This document shows positions 39,540 through 51,670 of a DNA stretch of 64,000 nucleotides, piece by piece. The stretch is from Dicyema japonicum. Lineage: Eukaryota > Animalia > Dicyemida. The stretch lies in contig RDEW01000041.1 of NCBI GenBank assembly GCA_011109175.1, forward strand, positions 62,001 to 126,000, written 5' to 3'. How positions within the stretch are numbered: the stretch's first letter is position 1; each line of letters begins with the position of its first letter. A model generated the notes under the pieces. That model was not told the DNA's origin, did no database searches, and saw only the letters and a program-made list of their open reading frames with translations. A program made the position numbers and the translations under genes.

Positions 39540-40050
39540 CTACCACCTGATCAGTGACAATCAATTGGGAACTCGAAAAAATGTGTCAAGGGGTTAAAGA
39601 ACAGGCAATTCTTAATCAATGCATTAACCAGCAGAACGGGAGTTTCAAGTCGTCAATTGTTATTTGTTAGATGATTTTGTAAAGGCTTGTTTCTGGAATG
39701 ATGACATAAAGAACACGCTTGTGCATTTCGACGGGTAAATTCAGGTTGATGTGGATGTTAAAACTAGTCGATTCCTTCTATTCAGATTTCTTTATAAAAC
39801 TGTATGGGAGATCCCCAGAAGAGAATTTTGCAGATGGCGGTTGTTAGGTCGCCCTACATTGATCAAAGTCAGTAGTTGAATTTACACATTGCTGAACCTA
39901 ATTATGCCAAGATCATTAGTATGCACTTTTATTCTTGGAATTTGGTGTTGTTGCGTTTATCGTTCAGAGACTCAAGACAGGGATGTACTATTTGAGGACA
40001 TGGCCAGTAGCCAACGCAATTCAGTTTATTGTAGACAAGAGAAGATTTAA
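39540..40050 (-). mobile_element. CRE-like RT fragment
   Basis: Nucleotide similarity to 7950-8350 (CTGATCAGTG.CAATCAA.TGGGAA...AATGTGTCAAGG). Confidence 0.6.
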
Positions 40051-40369
40051 GACAAATCTGAGTAATATAAAATCCTTTCTCTTCTGGTTCCCTTGTTCCG
40101 TCTGAATTTACTTATTCACAAAAACCATCAGTTTTTTAGCGGATGGTTGTATTTCCAGTTAATCTCAACTTTATTAGGTTTTCTGTTGATGTTTTTTTTA
40201 TCATCGTTGATTTACTCTTATTACCAGAAACATTATTTTGTTATATTGTTGTGCTTAGGTTGTTATCAATCATTTATCAAAGTTAATTAAAAAATTAAAG
40301 TTTACCGAAGCAAAGATCACGAACCTGGGTTATTCATCTTTTCTTGGGGGTTGTTTTGGTAAGAGGAGG

Positions 40370-40620
40370 TGAGGAGTGTTCTTTCCTCGAAAGACTCTAT
40401 CCGAGAAGTTGAAAATCTTTCATTCATATGTGGAGTTCTTTCTGCTGAAAAATTGTCTTTTCACCCACAAGTTACTTTTCTTTCTGTTAGCCAACCATCT
40501 TGCACTTAGACATCCTAAACACCATCGATTAAACCTTAGAGTCTTTATTGAGGCTGGAGACCCGTGGTCGACATTACAGTCCTTACCTTTTATCTTGTAC
40601 TTCATTTTTTTGCTTGTCGT
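40370..40620 (+). mobile_element. RTE-like post-RT fragment
   Basis: KTLSEKLKIFHSYVEFFLL...LRHPK resembles the KLKLFKTLV..LTYN region of the RTE copies. Confidence 0.45.
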
Positions 40621-40834
40621 TTGAGATTTTACTCAACACTTCCTTCGAAAATGAACAGCGTGGGAAGATTTCAATCTCACTTTCAGGCATTTTCTTTCTA
40701 TTTTACGCAAAACCGAACAAACCATGTGTTTGAGCTTATCAACCAATTCTTACAATTCAACTTGGGAGACAAATAGTCTGCCGCTTATTTAATCAATTCA
40801 CCCCCACGTCTTTTAAATTTATATGATTTAGATC

Positions 40835-41300
40835 AAGGGTTCTCAACCGGCGATGCTCACCCCCAGGGAGTGCAAGGAAAATTTTAGGGGATGCGAGATT
40901 TTAAAAATTTATAGTTATTTTTTTGCATTTCAAATATAATTCCACAAGTGTATATTGGAGGAGTTTTGTAGTTCAGTAGTGAAAATGTATCATCTATCAT
41001 CTTAAACGGTTTTACATGAACTTATTCCATTTGTAATGACACACTTGTGTGAATCAGGATTCAGCTCTCTTCTGGCAATTAAAAATAAATAGAGAAATTG
41101 TCTGAATCCAGAACATGGCATTCGTATTGCGATTAGCAACAAAACCCAAGATTCGACAAAATAACTAAAAATAAACAAGTAAATCCATTACTTGTTTACT
41201 TTTGTTATTTTTGTTACTTTAAAGTTTATTTTGTTTGATTGTTAAATTTTTTATTTTTTATTTATTAGCAAACTTATGTTCGGGGTACTTTTATCAGAAA
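40835..41300 (+). mobile_element. Internally deleted hAT (Charlie-like) element
   Basis: CAAGGGTTCTCAACC 5' TIR, then LIPFVMTHLCESGFSSLLAIKNK; 3' TIR not found. Confidence 0.75.
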
Positions 41301-41439
41301 CTCACCTATCGGTCAGGGTACGGGACAAGTGCTCTAAGCCATTTGAAACAATATCTGACACCTCATGGGATCCGTTATCCCCATACTATTTGTCATATAC
41401 CTGGAAGCTGCATGAGGGAGCTAAAACCATACTATGAAG

Positions 41440-44190
41440 CAAAAATCGATGTGGTGGCTTATGCGGATGACGTGGATTTCATTTCTCTCGACATGAATGC
41501 TCTGAAAAGCCTATTGGAGGTAATGCCAAATAAACTTGCCGAATGGTTCCTCAATGTAAATGTGGAGAAAACAGAATTGACTGAACTAGTCAGACAAAAA
41601 TCCAAGCTGGTTGAACATTGAAGAAAAATAAAGAAACTCGGATCGTTATTGGGAGATGAACAAGACGTAATTATGCGAAAACACATGCAAACAGTGCACT
41701 AAGCAGCCTAAGAGAAAACTGGCTAAAGCGTAAAGGATTGGGTATACAAACACGGATACGTTATACAATTCACTGGTGAAGCCTATTCTCCTCTACAATG
41801 CCTTAACATGGGGACTTTCTGATACGAACAGTCACAATCTAGACTCGTTTCATAAAGATTAGCTTCGACGTACTCTAGCCTCGACATGGCATTCAAGGCT
41901 CAGAAGCAAAATAGTTTATACCAGGACATCAAGCAAACCTATCTCACTAGAAATAACGGCATGCAGGTGCAGACTATTCGGATACATTCTAAGAATGGAC
42001 TTGAAGGCACCAGCAAATACTGTCATGGAGGACTATTTCATAGCTAACGGACCTCGTTTCAGGGGACGCCCGAGAAATACTCTCCCGGTTACGCTTGATA
42101 GAGACCTTCGGAGAGTGGGAAAACAATTAAAAGACGGGGACGACCTTGACGCCTTACGTTGCCCAGGACAGGGGGAAATTAATAACTCTTATTGTTTCCT
42201 GTGCTGCACAAGCTTTGTAATTTAATTTAATTGTTCCAGTCGCCTCTATCATATTTTCTAAGTTTCTAGGCAGGATTTCCACCCGGGAATATTTCCTTAG
42301 TAGATTTGCTGCCTTCACTTGAATGTTGCATATATTGTCCAAATTCGTTGCAGAATGGTTAGATCCCCAGATATTACATGCGTATCCTATTGTAGCCTCG
42401 ATGAACTGTTTGTATATTACATCCAGACCACTCAGATCTTTTATGTCTCTTAGGTTTCCCAAGAACGCCTTCAGGAAGTTGATTTTTTCGTACAAGTCAA
42501 TAACATTTTTCGACATGTTTTGTAAAGGTTAGGAAGGTGTCCATGGTGACTCCCAGGATTTTCTGGTATTTGTTTTGCAGGATAATCTTCCCATCCAGTG
42601 TGACGTCAATTGATACTTTCCCTAGTCTTCTGTTTGTCGTGAATAAAGTCGACACCGACTTCTCCGGGCTAGCAGTCAATTGATTTTCTCAAAGCCATAA
42701 ACTTAATTTATTTATATTGTCCTGTATTCTTCTCGTTACTTCCACAATACTCACATCCCTCCAGGCAATGACTATATCATCAGCATACGTTAATAATAAG
42801 TCATCGTCCACTGAGGGGTGGCAAGTCATCCATCATAACGTTGAACAATAGGGGAGATAATGGGGAGCCCTGGGGAACGGCATTTGCTAATAGTCTCGAT
42901 ACGGAACATCGATTGATATAGTGTCTCGTCCTCGTCGACCACTCGAGAAATTTCCCAACCATAATTTCAGGTTTGTGTCTATGTTCTACGAATATATTTT
43001 GTGCGTGATAATCTTCTCAAAACCGAGTCAAAAGCCTTCTGGACATCAATTGAGCATACAATCGTCTTTTTCTGTCCTGGTTTTTTGTTAAGGTCATCTG
43101 TTATGAACTTCTTTAAAGTATTTAGGTTTGTGTTAGTTGATCGTCCCTCTTTAAAACCATCTCGCATCCGGGAGGAAATGTCGTGTGAGTGTCATAATCA
43201 TCCTTTCTAGTATTCTTGTCTGGACGCACAAGAGCGACAAAGACCTGTAAGAAGCAGGGTCCTTCCTTAGTTTCCAGGCTTCAGTATTGGATGAATATTC
43301 GAAAGTTTCCATATAGCGGGAATACAGTTGAAGTTATTGAGCTGTTGAAGATGCATGTTTGTGCTGATACTCCCACTGTGCCCATCTTTTTCAACAGAAT
43401 AACTGAGATCCCGTCCGGTTCACAGGAATGTGTGTTTTTTGTTCGATAGATCTCCAAATCGACATCTCCCGATAGAACATACATTGTTGGGTGCCTCCTT
43501 TTCGGTTTCGGTTTTTTATGTGGGGAATGTCCATCCTTTGGAATGGTTTGTGGCTTATTCTCACACAATAATTGATAAATTTATTCAGATCCACCTCCTG
43601 TTCACGGTCTCCCTCGATATTGATTTCAGCATTTTTGACATTTCGCAGCATCTCCACATCTTGGTAAGTGAACTATTTTTTCATAGTTCTAGAAATTCGG
43701 CACAGTTTTGTTTTTGGAGAAGTTTCGTCTTTTCGTTGCTCTTCATGTTCAGTGCACGGATTCTGTTAGTATCATGTTTTGTTAGGTGCTTTTTACGTTT
43801 GAGACAATTCCTTTCTTTTATTAGTTGATTGTGCTAGCATCATATTTCTTCTTGGTGAGTTTTAAGAATCCTTTTCTGACAAATAGTTTTCTCCCTTCCA
43901 GAATCACCTTACTAAAGTGATAGACGGCTCTATCAATTGAGTTGAAATTAATCGGATGAAAATTCAATTGGGCCGAATCCACGTATTTTCTTAACCCTGT
44001 CCAGTCAGCATTAATATAGTCATAAAAAATGATGTGTTTTGACGACCTTGACGCCTTACGGGACGTTGCCCAGGACAGGGGGAAATGGAAGAAATTAATA
44101 ACTCTTATTGTTTCCTGTGCTGCACAAGCTTTGTCATGACCCATGGCATCGCGAAAGTGCTTAATAATTTTATTTATTTATTTATTTAAT
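41440..44190 (+). mobile_element. RTE-family 3' half (41440-42218 and 44041-44190) split by an antisense LINE
   Basis: AYADDVDF, KKLGSLLGDE, RLFGYILRM and FRGRPRNTLP; ends GAAAGTGCTTAATAAT at ~44165. Confidence 0.85.
42219..44040 (-). mobile_element. Ingi/Jockey-like LINE (family C) nested in the RTE copy
   Basis: ADWTGLR, GFKEGRST, SIDVQKAFDSV, PQGSPLSPLLFN, LTYADDI and LGVTMD. Confidence 0.88.
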
Positions 44191-44576
44191 AATAATAATA
44201 GCAAACCTATGGTTGAATAAAAATAATAATAATATAAATTAAAAATGTTCTTGGAGTGAGAAAGTTTATGAAAAAAGATTTAAGGATACGAGCTCTTAAA
44301 AGGTTGGAATCCCTGATTTAGATAAACTGGGATTCAAAGTTGAATGCAACATTTTAACTTTTTCGACGAGCAAAAGGCTAACAAAAAACTAATTTTAACT
44401 TTTTGAATGGCTATGTTAGCTATCGAGATGTAGGGGGTTTCCATCCAAGGGCACTATTTGGATTCCAATGTGTGTTTTGTTGCTGAACAGTTACATCTCC
44501 CTTCATTCTGCTATGGCAATACTAACATTTTGAATGTTTAGTAGTGAAGACTACTTTTGCAAGATCTGTTTTTTTA

Positions 44577-46585
44577 CCCCAAGATCACCGGATTAGAAAA
44601 AGTTAAAAGTTAACTACTAACTAAGTATGCCCGGTTTTCCGGGTTCTGACTCTCGTTCGGGGTCCTCGAAGATCCAACAGAATTGGTAGAAACGGGGACG
44701 GTCTCATTCTCCATAGATTCCCGCATTTTCTAGATAGTCAGATATAGAGAGTGAATGCGGACAGCCGGTTTTCATTGCCCGCTGTAGAAATGACTTCACT
44801 CTCCACCTTAAGTGTACTTTAACATTCAATACGTTATCCACAGTTTTCTTATTTATTATTTTCAAGGCAGCTAGTCGTGCGGCTTCTAATTTTTGAGACG
44901 ACGATTCAGAAATCATCGAGCTCCAGGAAGGACATGCGTATTCGATTACTGGCATGTATTGTAATTTTTAATATGTTGGTCCTCCTTCTGACTTTGGTAA
45001 TAACGTCATTGACGTGTTGACCGAATGTTAGGAGAGTATCCAACTTTAATCCTAGTATTGTTGGAGACTTATTCATAGGAATTTAATATCTAAACAACTT
45101 GATTTTGGGAGACTATAATGATCTTCTATATATAGAGAAATTGTTATAAATGACTATCCTGTAGAAATTTCCATTCGATTTGATATGAGCCAATGTTCCA
45201 ACATACCAATATAACTTTGAAGTTTCATCCCTGCCTTCTCATAGTTATATTCTCATGTCGCAAGAACAATGTCATAAGCGTATGAGAGTATCAATGTATC
45301 GGGATCGTCATTGGTGGGAAGGTCATCAGTGTACAGGTTGAAAAGCAGGGGAGAAAGAGGTGAACCATGAGGAACACAATTCAGCAATAAACGGGATTTA
45401 GATTTTTCTGTTGTCTGACATCACTTGTCCCCTTCTTCCATTTAAAAAGTTCGACAGCCATCTTTTAATGTTTGGATTTATAAGAGTGTCAGAAATTTTC
45501 TCTATAAGCAGCGTCCGGGACACTGAGTCGAATGCTTTCTTCAAGTCTATTGAAGCCATTATGGTCCTTTTATGTGGTTTTGGATTAGAGAATCCATCAG
45601 AAATATATTGAGTTAATTTTGTTAAGTGAGTCGTAGTAGAATGATTTTCACGGAATCCATGCTGGAATACTCGATTTGGTACAATATCTTTGATTCGTGT
45701 TAAGATTAATTTTTATAAAATTCGAGACATCGCACAAAATATTACAATTAGACGATAAAAAGAGGGATCGTTTGCAGGTTTGTTTGGCTTCCGAATTGGC
45801 AGAATTATGGATTTGTTCCATATAGAAAGTATCATATTATTGTTCACAGATAGAGTATAAACGGATGATAGGAATTTGGTTGCTTTTTCACCAAGGTGTT
45901 TCAGTTCCATTATCGAGACATTGTCAGCACCTCGGGAACGGGAGTTTTTGGCATCCATGATTGCGTTTCGAACTTTTTGCGGAGTAAAGCCAATCAAATC
46001 ATATGATGGATACAACTTCTTGTAGACTCAGTGTTCCCTCGAGAAACTTTTATGACTGATTTCGACATAGTGTTTCATTAAAATATTTGGGTCGATGTCA
46101 CCACATAGTAGTACGTTTTTGAGGTTTGAGAAATTCTGTAGGTTAGGGTAATACCCACTTGGATAGGAGCTAGTAGGTGGAATATATACATTGACAATAT
46201 TTATAGTTTTTTTTAGGAATTCTAATATTTATGCCAATTAGTTCCAACGGGTTCTGGATAGAGTTTTCGGATTTTGTTTGAAATATCTTCATATTGAATT
46301 CCACTTCTTATTAATGTCATTAGTTCTACATCAAGCTTGATCTTTCTGTCTTTGCGGTTAATGGAATATCCGGTAAAGGTTGGGGTTTGTATGTTTGTTT
46401 GTAGCTTTGTCTTTGGATTAAAGGAATGTCAATTTCATTTCTATTGAGTAAGTGGCAAACTTCCAGCACCTTGTTCCGTATTCCGTTTATATTGATCTGG
46501 ACCAGGTTGATTTCAGGGCCTGGGTTGGATTCGACGTCACCACACAAAATTAGAGCGTACCTAGAAAACCATCCTCCTTCATGGA
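44577..46585 (-). mobile_element. Ingi-like LINE with N-terminal 2A-like peptide, APE and RT, decayed
   Basis: LILCGDVESNPGP|EINLVQININGIRNK; NVYIPP, LLCGDID, QHGFRENHSTT, SIDLKKAFDSV, PHGSPLSPLLFN, IEYACPSW; 3' GTGATCTTGGGG. Confidence 0.88.
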
Positions 46586-46589
46586 TTTA

Positions 46590-46990
46590 TTTATTTATTT
46601 ATTAACCCCGGATACACCGAGAAAGAAGTTAAAGTAAACAACTAATTAAGTGTATCCAGTTTCCACTTCTACAGAAACAGAGTCCATCCGGAATCAAAAT
46701 AAAAAATAAGACGTTCATTACATGTAGTTGTGGAAATCCCTCCAGTGGAGTGGGGGAGAGCAAATGATCCTTTTTCATACCGGCCTGGCACTGGGCGTCA
46801 CCTAGACAGGTGGATCACATGACGCCACTCTATTAGGAAGAAAGAGGAGGAACAGACACGCAAGCAGAAAACTTAAACCAATTAACCACGCAGCACCACA
46901 TAGCGCCACGCGGCAATGGATAGGGAAAGTGTAGTTCTTTTTAACATCATGTGATGCATAACACCACCATACGTGTGAACCACGCGGCAT
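46590..46990 (-). mobile_element. Family C 3' fragment with (TAAA)n tail abutting the 2A element
   Basis: GGTGACGCCC...ACTGGAGGGATT is shared with 58140 and 27070; ends CGGTGTATCCGGGGTT(AATA)n. Confidence 0.6.
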
Positions 46991-47715
46991 TTTTTAAAGG
47001 AGATCTGTAAAGGGGAACTATTACCTTTTTGATGCCTGAACAATACAAAACATCAAAGTTTTTTTTTATTATGATCCCTGATTATTAGCTGTTATGTAAA
47101 AACTCTCTTCGGAGAATTGTGGGGAGATTGTAGATCATGTGGGTCTCGCCAATGGTGTGAATATTATTGGAATCATGATTCATGTTTTCGTTGAGAATTT
47201 GATGGACAAGTCGTTTGTCCTCCTCCACAGTCATCAGATTGGATGGCTGAGTTGTTGAGAATTACTTAATGTCGATTATTGTCTTGTAGTGAGCTCTCCA
47301 ACGTGATATCAAGTCAATTTTGAGGTCTCTCCCTGTTGAGGTTATTTTAAAAGCCGTTATCGAGCGGAAAAATCCTCAAGTTCAACCAAACTCGTACAGC
47401 ACCTACAGGATGAATCGGTGAGAACATCAGTTTTGTAATCTCCACCTGAGTTAATGTCCCGTGTCTTGTAATAAGAAGGCCGATAGTATTTGAATCTTAC
47501 CAGTGTTGAATCCGATGGCTAATATAAAAGTCATCATAAACCGAGGATATTTCTCTCAGAATTAAAGCAGCAATTTAATTTAAAATTCTGAGAATTTTCA
47601 GGTGGCATCTTCAGTTCTACGTCTTTTTTTGAATTTTACTTTAAATCATAGTCACACAGTTTGGAGTCTAAAGTTCTACCCGAGGACTGTCAAAGGCTTA
47701 CTCGGATGAACCACC

Positions 47716-48225
47716 ATGCAAGCAATTCCTCCCTTAGTCTCCCTCAGATTTACCTCATCTGATAGTAATGGCCGTCTCTCCCATCATTTTAGAACTTTAC
47801 ATACACTCCCTGCTGAGTCTCGACCAAAAGGGACAGTGTTTGACAATGCATTGGTGATTATGTCCTTGTCTGGTAGTCTAAAACGTGGATTTATTTTCTC
47901 TACACGTGTGAAAGTTGATCCTTAAAGAAGGAAATTTATTGAATCTCGAGATTTCAGTACCTCAAATAATGTATTCTCACCAAAAGACGATTCTGAAGTT
48001 TTAGACGTAAAATTTTATTCTCCCATTCGAATCCCCAATTGCAATGAAGAGACTTTCCAAGAGGCAATCGATCGCATTTTATTAGAGATTGATCATTTCT
48101 CTGCATATTTCACTCTTTCTGAGTCTCAGTCTACCATTTCAGAGATTATCCACCTTTGTCAGCGTTTTTTTGTTTCTCTAAAGGACCAGCCGAGGTCACT
48201 GTTTAATAAAGTCCTGCAAAAATAA
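47716..48225 (+). other. Unassigned 170-codon frame with one internal TAA (orphan gene with an intron, or pseudogene)
   Basis: ATG at 47716; the same frame stays open after TAA 47923-47925 to 48225; no motif recognised. Confidence 0.3.
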
Positions 48226-48399
48226 AGACTGGCTGAATCTCACCATACAAAATCCTCATCAGTCAGAACTGGGGAGTAGTAGTGCATGTAGTTGGTCTAC
48301 AAGGAAGTCAAGTTGTAAAATACTACACGTGTCTCTCCATTCGAAATCAGATGTGTCGTTGGTGGAACAAAAGTAAACATAGGTCTAATCTAAGTATAA

Positions 48400-49345
48400 A
48401 GAATACACGGAGTGATATGTCATATGGTAGTTCTATCTGGTAGTTCGGCTCCTCCTGGTTTAGTGACCACTCCCAAATGCCAATTTTCTGCCATAAAGGG
48501 GTCAATTACTTGGTGGTAGAGGCACTAATAGCGGCTAAAAACTTTGCACTTTTACTAAAAGCGACGCATTTTATCTTCCCAATAAAACCTTGATTGATCA
48601 GTCTTATTGGGTCGTAAATACAACAGCAGAAGAGCACCTCGTGGTTGTATCCCAAAGTATGATTGAATCACAGTTTGTTACAGTGTCCCCACTGTCGGTC
48701 ACTGCTCACAAATTGAAGTAATTTCCTCAATCTAAATACACAAATTATAGAAAACACAGTTTTTCTATGTAATACTGTCATAATCGAGTAGAAGCGACAG
48801 TAAAAGGCGATCGAATAAAACATGTATGAGACATAGCTAGAGAGGCACGTCACCACCTCAACCAAAAAACAGGTACTTGGGGAACATCAAAGAAAGATAT
48901 GGAACAGCTTGACTTTTTTCACAGAGGCCAACTAAAAAAATCCTTGGAAACTCTTAGCCAAAGAAAATCTCAAGCAATAAAGTATACAAACTGACTGATT
49001 GTGGACCAATAAGTCTAAACGTACTTGAAGCACGCTGGTGCCTTTTTTGACATATTCTACGGATGGATGAACAGACACCATGCAATGCTGCCATGGAAGA
49101 GTTTTCGACCATACAGTATCTCCTGCATTCAGAGGACGTCCAAGAAGTTTGTCTTCCAAGGACACTCGCGGAGGATTACGCAATAATCGAGGGCCGGCTG
49201 ATGGATGCGGACGATCTGGACGAAATCAGGAAACGAGCACGACAACTAAAAGGATAGAAAAGACTAACGGAAAAGATAATCAAAAAACATGGCATAAGTG
49301 AAACCATAAACATTGTTTACTGGTAACGCGAATGTGCTTTAACTA
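48400..49345. mobile_element. RTE copy with inverted 5' segment (minus, to 48875) joined to sense 3' segment (plus, 48876-49345)
   Basis: 5' motif on minus at 48845-48875; plus strand reads GTWGTSKKDMEQLDFFHRGQL...FRGRPRS and ends GGTAACGCGAATGTGCTT. Confidence 0.7.
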
Positions 49346-49740
49346 ACTAATCTAGTAGAACACATATATTGAGGAAGCATGTGCTACAACGTTGTGTCGT
49401 TAAGCCGACTCGTTGTGAATGGTACAACGTTGTCATTAAAATCTGTGAGGGACTTTATCATATTTTTCCAGTATGTGTATAGCATCATTTTGAAGTTGAT
49501 CCGCAGATACCATTAATAATCAACAATATAATACGAATCACGGCTATTAGAACATTTTTAGTAATCGACATTTATACAATAATTGAGACCGGTTAAGAAC
49601 GATTTTTTATGTTATGAAGTTTTTTTTTGACGTTCGAAAGAGAGAAATTATTGGTTTTCTCAATGATGGTGTTTTACCTGACATTCAGAATGTGTGGAAT
49701 TTAATAATGTTTTGTCAAGTTTCCATACTAAACGGCTCAG

Positions 49741-49805
49741 ATTTAACCGTCTAAACCGGTTAGCGTTAACTTTCAGTCATACGTTAAACGGTTTAACGGT
49801 TAAAT
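49741..49805. repeat. ~65-bp imperfect palindrome
   Basis: ATTTAACCGTCTAAACCG pairs with CGGTTTAACGGTTAAAT; the right arm recurs at 6745-6782. Confidence 0.75.
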
Positions 49806-50299
49806 CGATTTTGCGCCTCATTCTTCCATCGGCCTTCCACTAGATTAGGAGTACTGACAGTATTCCTTTCGTAATTGGAGACAATGCTTGTCAGAGATTC
49901 GTTTAGTTTCCATGACCGACATTTTCTCGTGTGAATTCCAGTTTAAAAATCACATTTTATGGGGCGTGTGAATTTTCACCAAACACTTTCAACAGCCTCA
50001 GCTATAACCCACTTAACAGGTCGAAGCACCTTCTTAGTCACGTCTTTTGTTCTTCTTTGTTCAAAGGCAGCCTTTGCTGAAGAGTAACTACCGTATGTGC
50101 CTGTGACGTAGTGGACGCTCATTAAGTGCATATTTGTACTCTTATAACTCCTCAAAAAATTTATGGATATGGTCTTCTACTCTTATTCTGGACTGAATGT
50201 ATCTATGATATTATCGAGGGCTGTGGATGTATGGATCTTAATAATGTTCCGGAGGCGGGATAATCAGAAAACGTATTTGAGACGTGTCTGAAAAAAAGG

Positions 50300-50845
50300 G
50301 AGCATTTTTTCAGAGTATTGAGAAGACTTGCATGTCTCAAAACGCTAGCTGCCATTCAGTAGGAACCTGGCTGAACACTTATCCTTGAGCTGCGAGTGGC
50401 AACCTCCTGGATGATGAGGCAGTGGGAATGTGATGTTGAAAAACGCACTATCCTTTGCTGGTCATCACTGCATTTTGGAGCCGGCTGGTCCCACCCGAGA
50501 TAATAGCAAAGCCCCGACGGGGTGACAACATTTTTTTGCTAATAATCGGAACTTGGTTTGGGACTCTGCATGTGTTGAACATACTCTCCGAAAATTCATT
50601 TTCGGACCAAAATCACGCTTCTAAGCAAAATAAAGATGAGAGAGAAGTACAAAATATTTCGGAGGATCACTTTTTTGTCCCATTTGCTGTTGAGACGTCA
50701 GGAATCCTTGTCCCACAAGCTGACAATATAGTCAGTCGGATCGGCTCAATGATCCAAAGGATCACCAAGGAACCACGTGAGACTGAATGGCTTCGAGAGC
50801 GTATCTCGATATCTACTGTCAGAAGAAATAGCAAGGCCATTCAAG
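50300..50845 (+). mobile_element. CRE-like C-terminal fragment
   Basis: GTWLNTYP, LEPAGPTRD..KPDG, LVWDSAC and FVPFAVETSG...WLRERISIS..RRNS. Confidence 0.85.
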
Positions 50846-51670
50846 CTCCCATTCAAAGATCTCCTTTATCACCTGCTCTGTTTAACCTCTTTCTGACTAA
50901 TCTCCCGACTCTTGAATCTGATAATGATATTCTACTTTCCTATGCGGATGATATTGTGTTTGCTTCGCGAGATCAGGACATCCAGAAGGCCACAGAAAGA
51001 ATACAAATTAACCTGGACAGGCTTAATGCCTGGATAATGGAAAACCGATTCGTGGTGAATGCAGAGAAGTCGTCTACGTCACTATTTACCTCTGACAAAA
51101 GATTGGTAAGGAAGACAGTCACCTTGAAGTTAAACAAGGTCTGCATCTCTTTCAACAGATGTCAAACAGATGTCAAAGGATCTTGGGTGTGACAATTGAT
51201 ATGCATCTCTGTTTGACACCACACGTAGAAAACATTCTATTGAAATGTGAGAAGAAACTGAACGTATTGAAAAGTTTATCGGGAATATGGAAGAGTGGTA
51301 CTCACCCAGTCTTGATAAACGTGTAAAAACAGTACATCGAGCCATGTTTCTCATATGCATGCGCCTCTTGGGGACCGTCCATATCTTGGACAAATATGAG
51401 GAAAATTGAGGAAATGCAAAAGAGGGCTTACAGAGTAACGGAGCGTTGGATGTGTGAAGATCACCGAACCGGACCTACGCCTCTGGAGCCCTTATGAGAC
51501 TAGACTCCAGATGACGGGAAGGTGGTCCTGAAAATTCAGGAAGCCGTCCTGTACGTTCAGGCGCAAGCAAGAAGGAAGAACACCAAGCAAAGATGAGGTC
51601 TCTGTTAGAATGCATCGGGATTATGTGATAATTAGTTTGGTTTTACCGTGGTCTTGGGTTAAATAAATAA
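50846..51670 (+). mobile_element. LINE family B 3' half
   Basis: SPLSPALFNL, LSYADDIV, LGVTID, YACASW-like remnant, and the shared 3' UTR GTGGTCTTGGG. Confidence 0.85.

Noticed and set aside
46740-46810. GGTGACGCCC...GGAGGGATT repeat as a ribozyme or SINE head
   Set aside because: It translates as HLxQET-like LINE C-terminal remnant; I could not fit an HDV or hammerhead core here or at other CTGATGA sites.
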